Assembly (NCBI GenBank): GCA_026025075.1
Contig: JAPEUI010000005.1
Span: 124,001 to 188,000 of the forward strand
Source of the DNA: Vezdaea acicularis
Lineage: Eukaryota
Direction of reading: 5' to 3'
DNA: 64,000 nucleotides
Shown here: piece after piece, positions 26,301 through 39,896 of the stretch
Position numbering within the stretch: the stretch's first letter is position 1
Layout of the letters: each line of letters starts with the position of its first letter
The notes under the pieces: generated by a model
What the model was told of the DNA's origin: nothing
The model's database searches: none
The model's input: only the letters and a program-made list of their open reading frames with translations
Translations under genes and position numbers: made by a program

Positions 26301-29300
26301 GGGCATCTTGCAGTAGTCGGTGATGGTACTTGATAGCCATAGCAGACATCTGCAGCAACTCCATGCGAGAATGATCTACGCCAATCTGGCTTGAATCGTC
26401 TCCCGGCTCAATCATAGTAGTCTTCCAAATCTTTTGGTTGATTGTTTCTGTCATATTCCTATCCATCAGCCTAGGACTTGTTGGTGTAAGCTTCTGAGGG
26501 GGGTGCCGCATGATATCCATGGCAAGGATAGGGTTGACGAGATAATGAAAGGCGAAAGTTTTGGACTTCTGAGACACACTCGGTTTCCCATAAAGATCAA
26601 GACATCGCGTGACGATACCACGCCAATAATCTATAGAATCATTGCAGACTATGTGGTCGTAGATGTACTTAATGAAAGTATACGACGTCTTGACTTGTTC
26701 ACTCGTCCGGGCTTCGATCATCTCAAAGAGAAAATCCACATTCTGAGGCGCGTGAATGAGATATCCTGTTAATATCTCGACAAGCTGCTGTCCTGCCTGC
26801 TCTACTGCAAGTCGAAGATGTTTTTGCGTTGTATTCTTACGCAGGTTACCTTCAAGAACTTTGCCCGCACTGAACAGCTGCTGCCTCAGGTTATCCTGCG
26901 AGACTAGCCATTTACTAGTTGCCGGCTGTATGCAAATGGAGTGTACGACATGAATTGCATTGACTGTTGCTGCATTTCGGTGTTCTGGATTTGTTGGCTC
27001 CATAAATGCCTTCAAAATCTTGTCCGGGCTACTTGTAACTGTTACACGCAGCGCATTGCTTGAGTCGTCTTGAAGTATTTGAGAGAAAAACCTTCCGTAC
27101 TTCATCTCATGAAGTCTTGCGGAGAAGAAGTCCCATGTTTCTTCGGGGTAACGATTCAGGTACTTGACCAATGGCTCTCGAAAGGGGCTATAGTGCGTTC
27201 TCCGAAGCTTTTCTTCCAACTCTAGAACATTGTCTACTAGCTTCGGGAGGAATGAAATCGCTTTATCTGGCAGGAGATAGAATATGTTGAGGATAGCAGC
27301 CACTATTTTCATGCCCTGGTTTTGTTCTACAAGGTTGAAGGATATCTTTTGCAAGGCATTTGGCTCGGCAATTGTCTTCATATGGTCGAGTAACCTCCAT
27401 CCAATCTCAACTTTGAAGTAGTTGGTAAGCAGCATCAAGAGCCTTGCCAGACCGTCCAGACCGGCAACCGTTAGTCGTTTCGGATCCTGCAGGTTCATGA
27501 GAATAGGTCTCAGCCCATTTTGGAGTAGTTCTTTCGGAAGTTTGTTAGTCGTTGATAGAACTGCCTTTAATCCCAAGTTCGCAGCATCGATCACATCCGA
27601 ATATTTCGAGTAGAGGGACTTAAAGAAGACTGATATAATACGAGAGCGACTATGATTCTGAGGCGAATTCCCAAATTCAGCGAAGCTCATCGCCATCGAC
27701 AAAAGCCGAATGCATGCCACACGAAGGTTGACGATGTTGTCAGCCGTACGATATTCGATGAGTCTGTTGGCAAGAGTTTCATCCTCAGATTCGGCTAAAA
27801 CAAGGGTCTCGACCAGAAGTCGATTGAGCGGCTCGTTGAATTCCACTAGATCGTGTCCTAAGCTCAGACAAAAGGTAATCGCATCGATATAGCCTATTTG
27901 GATAGGGTGTGGTAATGCACGGAGAGGTTTATTATATATTGGACCAAGCAGACGTTCCTTGACTGGGGTCATCAAAACATAAACTTCTGTCCCTGTTACT
28001 TCGGCAATGATACTGAATGCTTTCTGTGCCGCTTCCCTTACATGTCTGTTCATATGAGCCAGCTCATAGATCAAATATCCGCAAAGGTTTAAAAGTCTTG
28101 GAACCGGCTTCCCATCTTTAACTTGGTGTTTATTGCAACGCCTTAAGAGAACCTCCAAGGTGGCCTGTGATTGTATTCTGGTCTTGGCGGGAAGGTCTTG
28201 AGGCATGTCTTTCATTACATATAGCAAAGCTCGGACGAATTCGGTTTGTCGTGAAGCCATCCATACATCTCCAAGATCTAGCTCGGTGGCGTAAATATGG
28301 ATACCGTAGCTCCCGCCCGCCTTTGTGAACCACTCTTCTTCATAGCAGCTGTGACAGAATGTTCTCGCAAGATGACCGAAGAAGGGGAGCATTGACGCCT
28401 TTTCCTTAGACCCGAATATCAAAGAGACTGATTCGTATACCGTCTTGATAGCCTGCTCAGCAGCATCTCGTACCTTCACAATATCTGAGGCGAAGCTTTC
28501 TACAATCGCATCAGCCAGTACACGACTGTCGATGAAAAGCGGTCCCTCTCCAGAGTGGACATTAAATGTCTTCCCTTCCTGTTTTAGCTGGGCTAAAGAC
28601 CGGCCAACCTCAAGCACCGTAAGATGACGGCACACTTTTGTTAGAAGAAGGCTTGCCTCTTCGCTGAGGTCTGGAATAGATACCGCGAATATGCATGCTT
28701 TCAGCAGCTTCTTAACATTATCCTGCTGATCGTCCTTTTTGACAATAGACTTCTCTCGCTCGGACTTCCCCATATAGTCAGCAGCAGAATCATACTTAGC
28801 TTCTACTAGATCGTTTGCTTGCAATCGTACGAGTTGAGCAAAATCATCGGGCAGGCTGTCGAATCCTATCGAAAGCTTCAGCTGAGCACTGATCAAGCGA
28901 AACGCCTGTTGCTTGTAGAAGCCATCCGACTTTTTCGCTGCCTGAGCCTTAGGGGCTTCCAACAGTTTGCTGATCGCAAGTTCAGTGCCGAGGGTAGCTG
29001 GAAACGGACGTTCCTTGGTTGACCCAACCAGTTTCAGGTCGATGCTGCTTCTATCATCTGCATATTGCTCGAATGAGAGAGCGGGAGGACCATTCAAGAA
29101 CTTCCGATTTCGTCCTCCGAGTTTCCCCAGGATACGCATAGTGGTATGCGAGTGAAAGTGCGTGTACGGCGCAGGTCGTAGATGTTCCCAAAGGGCCGTC
29201 ATGAGCTCATCCATTACAGGAGCCATGATTGGATCTAGATAGTCGGCCGTAAGATTGTCGACACACAGCTCTAATGTTCTAAGACCCTGGCTAACAAGAT

Positions 29301-31958
29301 CTGATCCAGCCCTTAAAGCAATGACTAAGGGTCTCATGAGATAACTCAAATGTGGCAACAGGTTGCTTAAGCGCGCAGGCACTGTCAGGCAAAGCTCAAC
29401 GTATAAATCTCTTTCCGTGGGTTTCCTAGCCGCTAGGAGTAGATTATTGAGCACTTCGAGGAGCATCTCTAATAAAGGTAAAATCTCTTTGTATAGGTGT
29501 TCAAATCTTCCCCCACCAATGCTTCTGAATAGCGAGCGTAGTAGGAAGAAATAGTTCATTGGCTCTTCCGCAGTGGTCGAGAGCTGGATCGACTTGGTAA
29601 CAATTTTCGTGACATGCGGGAGTAGTACCTGCTCATTTTGATTTGAAAACAGTGTTACAGCCATGAAGGACAGCTTGAAGAGTCGTAGTAAGATGGAAGA
29701 CTTCTCGATGTTCTTGCTTCCTACTTCATGGATCCGGTCCATGAGAAATTGTAGAAGCATGCCAGCAAAACTCGGCGATGTTGACTCGCAAGCCAAGAAA
29801 AATTGGGGTACGTGGAGTAGAGCCGTATGCTCAAACATCATATCGTACAATCTAGGGATCTCGGAATGAAACACTTCATGGAATGTTGCAGGGTCAATGC
29901 AATGAAAGATGGTCGCAAACGCTTCAAGAAGATCTTTTTCTTCTTTGCCACTATTGACCATATAGTGGTTTGCATAGAATTCGACAGGTGACGAGTAATT
30001 CGATTCTGTGGGCGGTTTTGCAAGGCTATAATATCGAAAGACATATGCTCCTTCTCGGAACAGTTTTGTAATCACTTTCACCTCCTCAGCGTTGTAACCA
30101 TACGAAACTTCCTTCCAGTTTGCAGGAGCGTTCGTGGCATCAATCGGTTGATCAACCGGATTACAAGCTTTCAGCTGGTAAAAGATATTCTTGAGTCCAT
30201 TTACTAGGTTCTTAAATAGAAATTTATTCTCAGCAACTGGATTTGCGCTTCGGTCTCGAGGATTCGACGTTTTGATGGGTACTGCCGTGAATATGTCTAT
30301 TTCATCCCAGTCAGCCTCACCATCTTTCGGAGCAAGAAAGTTTTCGGGGGCTGCATCAATAGTCTGATTTTCGTATTGCTCGGTGAGTTTTACCGCATTC
30401 GGATATTGCCGGTTCATCGCTGCAAACTTATCTCCAATGGCATCGAGGATCATTATCAGGAAATGACGCGCATCCTGCCTGTCATCTGGCTTTTCGTTTA
30501 GTTTTGCGATACAGTCCGCCATATTAAGAAGAAGCTTAGCGCTCATGGTCTGAAAACTTGTTCCAGGAAAGTCGTCATGCAAGTTCTTCGTATAAACCTC
30601 AACCGTCTTTCGTATCTGTTCTGGCTTAAGGGCGTCTCGGACGTGGTGGATTAGATCTGCCAACATGCTGTATGCTAAGGGTCTCATTGTTTCATATACG
30701 GTCAATCCATCCCCTATGAGTGTTCTCTCCTCAAGCAATGCATCAATTTTCCTTAAAAATATCTTCCGGAAATTGAAATTGATGATGTGGCGTATTGCAA
30801 CTAGCAACTCCTTCCTAGCACTTGACTTCTCTCGTGGACAATCTTGCAAAAGTCGCACAACGATATCCGGAAGAGTCGGGAGGAAATCTTGAAGTTGATG
30901 AGCATAGACTCGTAGGAGATAGGCGAGGAAGCTCATAGTCTTCACTTGCGCAGTAATAAAGTCTCCAAAGGCGACTCGGTTCTTGATCTCAGGGCTTACT
31001 CCTGCGAATACTACTCCTTCTTGCTGAGCTTTCGTGTGGGCATTTTGCTGCGGTTTGGCCTGCAGCAGCAGAACGCCCTTTATGAGTGGTACGAATAGAG
31101 ACACATTCCTCTTGACAAGAGCCCCGTGCTTTTGGAAGAGAGAGACAACTATGATTGGGCATTCGGCAAGCACCTTGAATGATTGCATCCCGGGGAGTAA
31201 TTTCCTGTTAACTTGCTGCTCGCCTCCAAGGTCGGTAGTTGTTGTGGTAGGGGAGCTCGGTCGAGGTGATTGGAAATTTGTGGCATTAGGAGTCGAGGGC
31301 AAGCCAGAAGCGCTTCCCTGGGCTGGTATATCAAAAGTATCCACGACAGCCTTCTCCATCATCTCAAACATCTCCATAATAAGATCTAAAAATGGTTGAA
31401 CTTTGTCGCCAAGTACCTTCGTTTGATTTCGTTGAAAGTCCATGATGATCTTCATTATTAGAACCGCATTATCCTCGTTCTCTTTCCGAACCAAGTCCAT
31501 CAGCTTCGCTACAACTTCCACAGCGTATGGCTCCAGAGCCTCAACGGGCTGGTGGGGAAGGCGGTGCAGGATCTCGAATATACAGTTGCGTAGCCTCTAA
31601 TGTTCACTGCGTCAGAGTACTTTCTTCGCATTATATCGACAAGTCTATCATACCTGTCTGGGGACCATGCTATTCCATTCCACCAAGCCATCTAATAGCT
31701 TCATAAAGACGGGCATAAGTTTCTTGAGAAAGACATTATAGAGTTGCCCTTGCGCCATATACTCTATGTTGTCTCGAAGATCCGTAGCAATGACAACCTT
31801 ATTTTTCAAATCTAGAACGCGGGGTGAGAATTAGTTGATATTTTGATCTTCAAAGCCACTCCATAATTGATGTTTGAAGGGTATAAGGTTGGGAACGTAC
31901 CTCCATTTGGGTCACCAAGCTTAGCCGCGTAGACATCAATGTTCCTTTCGTGAGACAT
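20314..31958 (-). CDS. TRA1: TRRAP/Tra1 PIKK pseudokinase, subunit of SAGA and NuA4
   Basis: >3700-aa ORF with HEAT repeats ([13 protein letters not shown]), FAT domain ([21 protein letters not shown]), pseudokinase region and FATC-like end ([10 protein letters not shown]); ATG 31958; introns 31812-31900, 31597-31653 and probably 20998-21051. Confidence 0.98.
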
Positions 31959-33216
31959 GATTGCGCCGGGTCCCTTAGCAGGCGCTCTAGAGATGGGATG
32001 ATCTTCAGAGCCAGGCCTTAAGGCCGGCTGGATGCGCTATGGATGGTAATACGGCGTGGCCTATAATAACTTCATGAAGGGCAGGCCGAGAGTTTCGTTC
32101 ACGGTCCCTGAAGGTTATATCGTAGTAGGTCCGGCCAGAGAAGTGCGAAGTGTAAGAGATTGGGATATCATTTAGCGCTGCAAGTTCAAACAGCATTAGG
32201 AATTGAAACAAAGCGCGAGTAAAAGAATCATGAGCCGCCACGGACTGTTCTCGTAAAGCTAATGAGTTGCTGCAACGCTGCTGAGCACCTCTGTACGGGC
32301 GGTTTCAGCGACCCAGACGCAGTCGGGAACTTTACAAGGCGGGCGTCTCGAAGACTCTGAAAAACCTTGATCACGTGGGAGACAGGGGTCTGATGCCTCT
32401 TAAGCTTCCCATGTCGGTTAGCCTTGCCGCACCTGCTATGACTATTACAGCATTCGAGTGTGCCCGTGCCTGTTGCTTGACATGCGTATGTTATCACAGC
32501 CAAGCTTGTGATATTTAATGTGACGAATCTAAATGTTCTCACAACCCACAATAGCATGAAACCACATGAAACCACAATGGCAACCAATGCAGAGGTCTAC
32601 TTTACTATCTTCGTAATCCGAACTCGCGCCATGTATTCGCGCATCGTGAACGCGCTCGCTCAAGATATGAGACTGATGGAAGGAACCAAAAGTGGAGGAA
32701 AGAAACCTAGTACAACATGTGAGGGCCTGTCCCGACCTAAGGGTGGTTGCAGAAGACAGATCCTTGAGCCCTTATTCCAGCCCCATCTCCCCTATCATCC
32801 CTATGAAAACTTTAAGCCTGAGTTATAGGAGAAGATGACATACGCCTGCCAAAGTATTGAACCTTCTTCAGCTAATTTTCCCTGATGCCCGTCGCCCAGG
32901 ACTATCTTTTGTAGCGTCATGCAAGTTAAGATGCTTGAGAGAGCCTCCAGACTCACTCCGAGTTCGACCAGAGGCTTCCATAGAAGCAGGCTTGCTAGAA
33001 GCCTTTTGACCTGACGAGTCACCGACGCGATGACGACGCCTCTGTCACAGCCAATTAGGGTTTCAAGTTAGAAATACGTGCCCGCAAAGGTAACGAAAGT
33101 GAGAAACGAATATGATGGGAGAAACAAATGCGCCCGACCACTTTAAGACACCGTCGGACGTGATTATACCCCCAAGATGCATGCAAGTAGACATGGTGTA
33201 GAAGATGCAGTCAAGA

Positions 33217-35700
33217 TCACCGCTGGCTGCCTACCGAGTTCTGTCTCTCATGATCCTTACGCCGCCCTCCATCTCGATACTCCTTTGGTGCCCCATCATC
33301 CTGGAGTCGTAGAGCATCCAAGCGTTTCTGGCTATCTTGTGTTGCCGGGTCGATCTCATCTATGCGCATAGGGGAGCCTACTTTGCCGGATCGCGTTGAG
33401 CCAGCGCTTCGCATGCTAGTGAAAGTTGCCCCCGCCTGCACCTGTTTTGCACGATCTGCGACCTTCTCCCACTTGCTTTGACGTTCGCTTTGCACTTGGT
33501 CCACGTTGTTCTGGACCTCGGTGTAATCGTGAGAGCAGTCATCGAAGAGTTGTGGGTTGATCTCCATGAATAGCTTCATAGCGTTGTAAACCATACCATG
33601 AATTGTCCTATTAATGATAAGCCACAAGCCGTATTTGTGCATAACCAACGTTTTTTACATACCTGTTCCAGTGACCCTTTGAGTTTTCGTACAAAGGGGC
33701 GAACATGATTGGTAAAATGACTTCCACGTTGTCGCTGACGAGATTACAAAAGTACTCATTATTCCAAAAGTACAGAGCCCGCTCGGCAACCTATGGTGGA
33801 TTAGCCTTGCATGACGAAGGGGGCGAATGATCTGTACCTGGAAGTGAGGGCTGGCCACGGACTTGGCCAGCTGGTTGAATAACGGCTCTTGCACCTTCGC
33901 AAACTCCGCTGGGTCCATTACTTCAAAGATATCCTCCACCTCATTTAGAAACATGACCTCCTTTGTGCTATTTGTTTTAGGCCAGTATCGTAAAAGACCT
34001 AGTACAACCTGCTCTGGGTTAGTCCGTTCCACCAAAAACTCAAGATATCAACATACGTCCTCTGTCAACACAGCATCCTTCTCCAAGAACTGGACGATAC
34101 AATATGCAAGTTGAGGATGATACATGCTCAGGCTCTTGACTTTGTGAAGTGGGAGCAAGACTCTTGTGAGGAATAGCTTATGCTCTTCTTTGAGTGGCAG
34201 AGCAAATCCGTTAATGATTGACCCGAGGATCTCCAAGAGCTCGGCAATTCCATTGAATCTTTCTGTTTCATAGACGAATTGAAAGAAGACGTTGTTTATC
34301 GACCGTCGAATATACGAGCGAAGGTTGAGGAATTTGCCGTAGATGCGATGAAGCGTCGTTTTGAGAAAATCTCTTTCGCGAGGGTCTTCCGAATCGAAAA
34401 GTTCAAGAAGCTGAACTCCTGATTAGTTGCGGGACTACCAGGCCGAGTAGAACATACTCACTTGAAGAACAAATTGATGATCTATATATTGTTTTGCGAT
34501 ATTAGTATTGAAGTCTTGGCTTTCAATGAATCTGAGAAAAAATTCATAAACGACTTGAATATGTGGCCAGGCCACTTCAAGAACCGGCTCATCTTCTTCT
34601 GGATCGAATGCCTCGCCTTGTGGGTTCACGGGAGGTGGTATAGGACGAAACAAATTCTTGCTGAACATGTCGACAACACGGGGATACATCGATTCGGTAA
34701 TGACTTGACGGTTGTTCGCCACATAATCTAGCAACTCATGAAGCGCGAGTCTCTTGATTTCCTTTGACTTCATATCACCACTTGCATCGTTGAAGTCGAA
34801 AATTATATTGCATTGGTCAATCTTTTGCATGAAAAGTTCTTGTCGTCTGTTAGGTGGCACTTCGTGAAATCCTGGGAGCTTTTCTAACTCTCGTTGCGGG
34901 GAAATGTCGAAACGAGACGAATGCTGGCGTTTTGGGGTTCGGATACCTTCTGGAACATCTTTGGGAGTGGCCTGAAGACGATCGAAAAGCAGGGTCTTTT
35001 GACCTGCCTTGGGGGGTGCGAGGTCACCAGGCATCGTTTCTGTAGCTCCAGGTTGAGGAATATGCTACGTATCGAAAACGTCAGCTTCAACTTGATGGGG
35101 TCGACAGATCTATGTTCTAACGCACACATGGTTACGCGTCTCAGCCAAGGGGACAACTTACTGGTGCACTGGGGCTGATTACAACGCTTGGAGCCAAAGG
35201 GCCTTGTCGCATTGGCGTTGTCGAACCCGAGGAGTTAGGCATTGCGCTCACTCCATTGTGAGCTTGAGGCAAGGCTGATTGGTTTGGAGCGAGCGGGTTC
35301 AGGTGACTTGGTGGAATTGTATGAGGTTGGCTGAGATGGTTGTTTGGTGCTGCAGGTTGATTGTTATCTCCCGGAGGCAGAGGCTTATTCCTCACATCGT
35401 TTAATGTGGTTGTTGATGAGGTGGGCGTTCCATGATTTGAGCTTGCCGGAGACTGCGACCGTACTGTTGAGCCTGCTCCGGCACTTACATTGGACGGAGA
35501 GGAAGTGCCAGATGAGTCTTTATTCTTAGAAGATTTCTTAGAGTCTTTAGTGCGAGACAGCTGTTCGTGCTGAGATAGTCAGCGCTCATTCACAGTTATG
35601 ATCGTGTGGTGATGCCTCTTGAATCAGAACGGATTATGCTGGCTGAGGATTCAAAATCACGGATATGGTTACTTACCACTCTCTGCCTGAAGCCCTTCAT
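33217..35700 (-). CDS. RTS1: PP2A regulatory subunit B' (B56), multi-exon
   Basis: MKGFRQRV start, [64 protein letters not shown]; several GT-AG introns; a possible extra 3' exon ends at 32868. Confidence 0.95.
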
Positions 35701-36511
35701 CTTGTCCATGAAATGCGTATACAAGCTCCAGTACGGATGTCTTGGGCTCTACAATGAGAGCAAAGATGAGTCCTCGGACGCCCTAAGGCTTCTCCCAACG
35801 CTCGATATTGAGGAAATATTGTCCAAGTGCTTGGTTCAAGTAGTACTAGTCGTGCTGATGGATGCAATCCTATTTCTGGGGGCTTGATTTGTGACGAGGC
35901 AGAGAGTTGGTCCTTAGGGGTTCGAATCGTTGGCCTCTCTTGTGAATTAAGAGCGTACGTTTCGTGAAGCCTCTTAGTGTACCGCCTCCGGGAGCTAGAT
36001 ATCCGAAGTGTCTAAAGGGAAATTCTCAAGTGACAACGACGGTTTGGGAGACAGGTGAGGCTAGCAGGCAGCTTGTTAAGGTTCAAGAATAGATGGATTG
36101 TTGACGTTAAGCGACGCAGTCGGTGCAGGTCGGTCTCTGCGGGGCGTCCTCTAATTGCTGCCGAGAAAAGTACGTGCCGACGACTGAACGTGTCGAGATT
36201 GCACCGACGTTGTAGCTTCCAGGCTTCACAAGCTTCTGACAGGCAGGAGAGAACGTATATAGTATGAGCACAACAACAGATAAGAACTCACTGCGAGTGG
36301 TATAGCATTGTGGATTGTGCATTAAAAGATAAATTATTCGATCTTGCTGGAACGCGTGTGAATTGCTTCCGATCGCAAAGCTCGCTAAAGATTCCAGGTG
36401 CAAGCCCCACCACTAACAGCACAGCATTATGAATACCATAATCGAGAAACAGGTGCCTCCTAATCAAGTATTCGGTGCCAATACTTGCAAAATCTTAGAT
36501 TTCCCTTTGTA

Positions 36512-38791
36512 ATGATGGATCAATCAACTCCATCCTCGTCTGCTGTTCCACATCAAAGGTTTGGCAACTCGGGGTTGCCACGGTATACCGTGCCTCGCTC
36601 GCCCTTCCTTAGCATAGAGCATCCCTTCGTTGTCAATAATATTGAGAGGGGTATTCAATTTTTGGGCGGCGAGAAACGTGTCATTAAGGTACGAATATTC
36701 GACGAAAAATTCGGAAAATTTGGATCAATCACCTAACTATCTCATAGTCTCTCAAAGCTTATCAAGATCCGGAGTCAAAGATAGGTCTCTTGCTGCAACC
36801 GGACGATCCCCTCTGTCGACCAATTCCTTCAACCCACGTACAGACTGGAGATGTATTGATACGCGTTTCATTTCCTGCCAGGACTGGCCGTAAACGTAAA
36901 AGAGGATCTGGTAACCCTTGGGTTGAAAATGCTCTGGAGGAGTTGCCCGAGCAAAATGGACTCCTTTCTGAGTCACGGCCATCAACAGCTGTCGCTTCAA
37001 ACATCCTGCAGAAATTGCGAGATAATGTCGGACGGATCTCTATTGATCCCATTGGTACTGTCGAACACACTTATCGCTTTCAAGGTCAGTCAGTATGGAA
37101 ATATGGGACATTTAGCTATTTTGTTGCGTTATTTTTGTTTCCTTCCACCTGGAGGAACCTGTTTCATTGCTTTCCCTTCTCCTGGCGCACTTCTAAGCCA
37201 CCTCTTTTACCAGTCCCTCATTATCAATGACCTTGGCCGGGCCGGAAGCTGACTAGCCAGAACTTTCTGATTTCCAATACTCTACATGTGAGGACCCGTT
37301 GGTTCGAAAGGTAGAACAAAGTATCTTGGATCTTGACGGTGTGCATAAACTGTCAATTGCGTTATCTTCAAGTTTCTGACATATGATTAGTTGAGAAGTT
37401 GAAGACATTTGAACTCAGGAAAGATTCTGATTCGTTAGGTGACACCTCTCTCGTGCCTCCGCCACATTTTACTCAGATCAATATACCCTTCATATATGGG
37501 TTAGTCCAAAAGTGTTATCTCCCGTCTGCTGCGGGGTACTGACTGTGATGTTATAGATATCACCAGAACCACTCCGTAGCACTAAATATAGATACTAATG
37601 GTCAGCCATTTATGGTCAATATGCAACAGCCTCAGAAGCTGTACACTATTCGAGTTCGCTATGATGTCGCTGAAGTGCCTGAAGGGCCAGACCCGTATAC
37701 GCCTGAGCTCAGCGAACAGGATAAGGAAGTTCAAAGTACTGTTCGTGATATACAGCAGTTAATGAAAGATCGACCGATTTGGACACGACGTGCTTTATTT
37801 AATCGCCTAAATTACCGTGACCGATTTTTTAAGATTCCAGTTCAGTATGTTGGTTATATGTTCCTTTCTGGCCCCTGGAAGGACTCGATCATAAAATATG
37901 GTCTGGATCCTCGGAAAGACCCAAAGTATAGTATATATCAAACACTCATCTTTCAGCTGGTGGATAACCAAGGGAAACCAATAAAGGCAACGAACGGAGC
38001 AATATCTCGCAATAGGTCAAGCCATCTATTTGATGGCCTTACAGTAGCCGGAGACGGAAGAGTTTGGCAGATCTGCGATGTAACCGACCGCCTCCTAACC
38101 CAAATGCTCTCTGGGACTCGTTTGAAGAATGTGTGCGATGTAAGTAAACATTTTGGTCCATCTTCTTACGACTGTAACGGTTCTGACGTTTGCTAGATCC
38201 AACATGACGGGTGGTACGAAAATGGGTTGATGGCCAAGCTCAAGACCATAATGCGCCAGAAGATCAGGACAATAATCGATGGCGCAAAACCTGACGACTT
38301 TGATTACACAAAAGTTATAGAAATACCAGATAATGTTGATAGCTTAGCTACGTACGGTAGATTTCTTAATTTCCCGAGGTCCAATAACAGGGATGTCAGA
38401 CGGAATATCTGGAACGCCTCGGCCTCTGCTTCCGAAAGCATAGACCGTGATCTTGAATCTTTTAGGGAAACCGCACCTCACACGCAGAAGAGACGGAATA
38501 CCGCAAAATCTCAGGCTCAGCAGGATCAAAGGGTTGCCGAGGTTATGTTGGAGCTACAAAGGAGAGCAAGAGACTTAGGTAAGCCCAACCATCGAGCAAC
38601 TTTTCGCTTCATAAGGGATCTAAGAGTTTTCCAAAATAAAAGGAGTCGACGAGTCAGACGCGGCAGAGGATCAGGGCGAGGACGGCGACAGTTCAAATGA
38701 GCTTGATGACGATCAAAATTCCTTAGAACGGAGCGAAGATGGCGAAGAGGACTCTTTAGACAATAGCGAAGATGGCGAAGACGTAGATTAA
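36512..38791 (+). CDS. TFC1: RNA polymerase III factor TFIIIC subunit tau95 (Tfc1/Sfc1/GTF3C5), multi-exon
   Basis: SIEHPFVVNN...LGG, LQPDDP..RPI, YRF...DFQY, RPIWTRRAL, VGYMF.SGPWKD..IKYGLDPRKDP, GWY; acidic terminal exon after intron 38579-38642. Confidence 0.85.
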
Positions 38792-38906
38792 GTTGGCGTG
38801 CCTTGATTCTGCAGGCTATCCCGAGCCTCAATGTTTCTGCTGTAGACCCTGCGGACCCTTTATAGTGTTTGCTTCACAAGGGAAGGTCAGGTTGGAGAAG
38901 AGATAT

Positions 38907-39701
38907 CTAGACTAGAGGGCCTTTCTTCTTAATGCCTAATAAACTAGCCTTCTTCATCTTCTTTGTCCTTCCGAAAGACGGTATAATCAGTGGTGCTTCT
39001 TCCTCAATCATGAGCAGTTTCGAAGATGATCCATCTTTATCTATCACCTCCTCATCCACTACTTCCATATCATCCACGTTCTTCATGAACGCTGCCCTTG
39101 CTGCTTCCTCATCTTCTCGCTCTAATCTTAACCTCTCTTCATCTTTATCCTCCAATACGCCTACAACTCCATCCTCCTTGTCTGCCCTCTCAATTCTCGC
39201 ATTTCTCGTCCTAATCTCATCCAAGGCGTCTGAAATCTGCATTTCCGTCTTTGCATCTAGCGTCTTTGTCTCCAGCTCCAACATAGCATCTCGTTCCTCC
39301 TCCTCCCTTTCCAGCCGATCTAGTCTCTCCATCTCGCTCTCCTCCTCGCCCCCTGCTGTCCTCCATGGCTCGAAATTTCTCTTCGCTCCATTCTCACACG
39401 CATAGTCCATGTTCTTCGGGTCTGTCTTGAATGTGATTTCGCCTGAGCACCGTGTGCACCTGATATAGAAACGATATATTGTGATAGCATAGTACTTCTC
39501 CTCTGTGGTCTCTTTGCGCGCGTTAAACTTCCGCCCCTTATAGATGTACTCGCCGCACCGGGTACATTTCATACTGAAGGGTGCCATTAGACGGACTGTT
39601 TGTACTTTAGGACCGACTTGTTTGGGACCCCGAGTGCGTACGATTTTGGAAGGATCGAAGTCGGGGGGATAGTATTTGGTGAGAACTTTTCGTTCGGACA
39701 T
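38907..39701 (-). CDS. YJU2: Splicing factor Yju2/Cwf16 (CCDC94), intronless
   Basis: MSERKVLTKYYPPDFDP, VRLMAPFSMKC..C, KFNARKE, FYIRC..C, KTDPKN.DY. Confidence 0.96.
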   Translation of the reverse strand: MSERKVLTKYYPPDFDPSKIVRTRGPKQVGPKVQTVRLMAPFSMKCTRCGEYIYKGRKFNARKETTEEKYYAITIYRFYIRCTRCSGEITFKTDPKNMDYACENGAKRNFEPWRTAGGEEESEMERLDRLEREEEERDAMLELETKTLDAKTEMQISDALDEIRTRNARIERADKEDGVVGVLEDKDEERLRLEREDEEAARAAFMKNVDDMEVVDEEVIDKDGSSSKLLMIEEEAPLIIPSFGRTKKMKKASLLGIKKKGPLV

Positions 39702-39888
39702 GTCGCAGACTTATGGGGCAATCGTGGACTTGGGAGAAGTGATTCTGAGGTATTAAAGCTTTGGCCGTGCTGTTAGAGGTGATAGGCAAACTTGGGGTAA
39801 CGCCACTATGTTGAAGTGAGAGTGGGATGTGCGAAATGGCGGGAATCGGGAATCATAGCCCCAGATGTTCGCTTCACATCACATATCA

Positions 39889-39896
39889 TTTCGCGT
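39889..39896 (-). promoter_or_regulatory. ACGCGAAA MCB/SCB-type element in the YJU2-CDC16 divergent promoter
   Basis: TTTCGCGT on the + strand in a 363-bp intergenic region. Confidence 0.35.

Noticed and set aside
32005..32828. ORFs between TRA1 and RTS1
   Set aside because: No motifs; the region is TRA1 promoter plus RTS1 3'UTR
35900..35945. tRNA gene around GGTTCGAATC
   Set aside because: No T-stem pairing, A-box or cloverleaf; kept only as a B-box-like site
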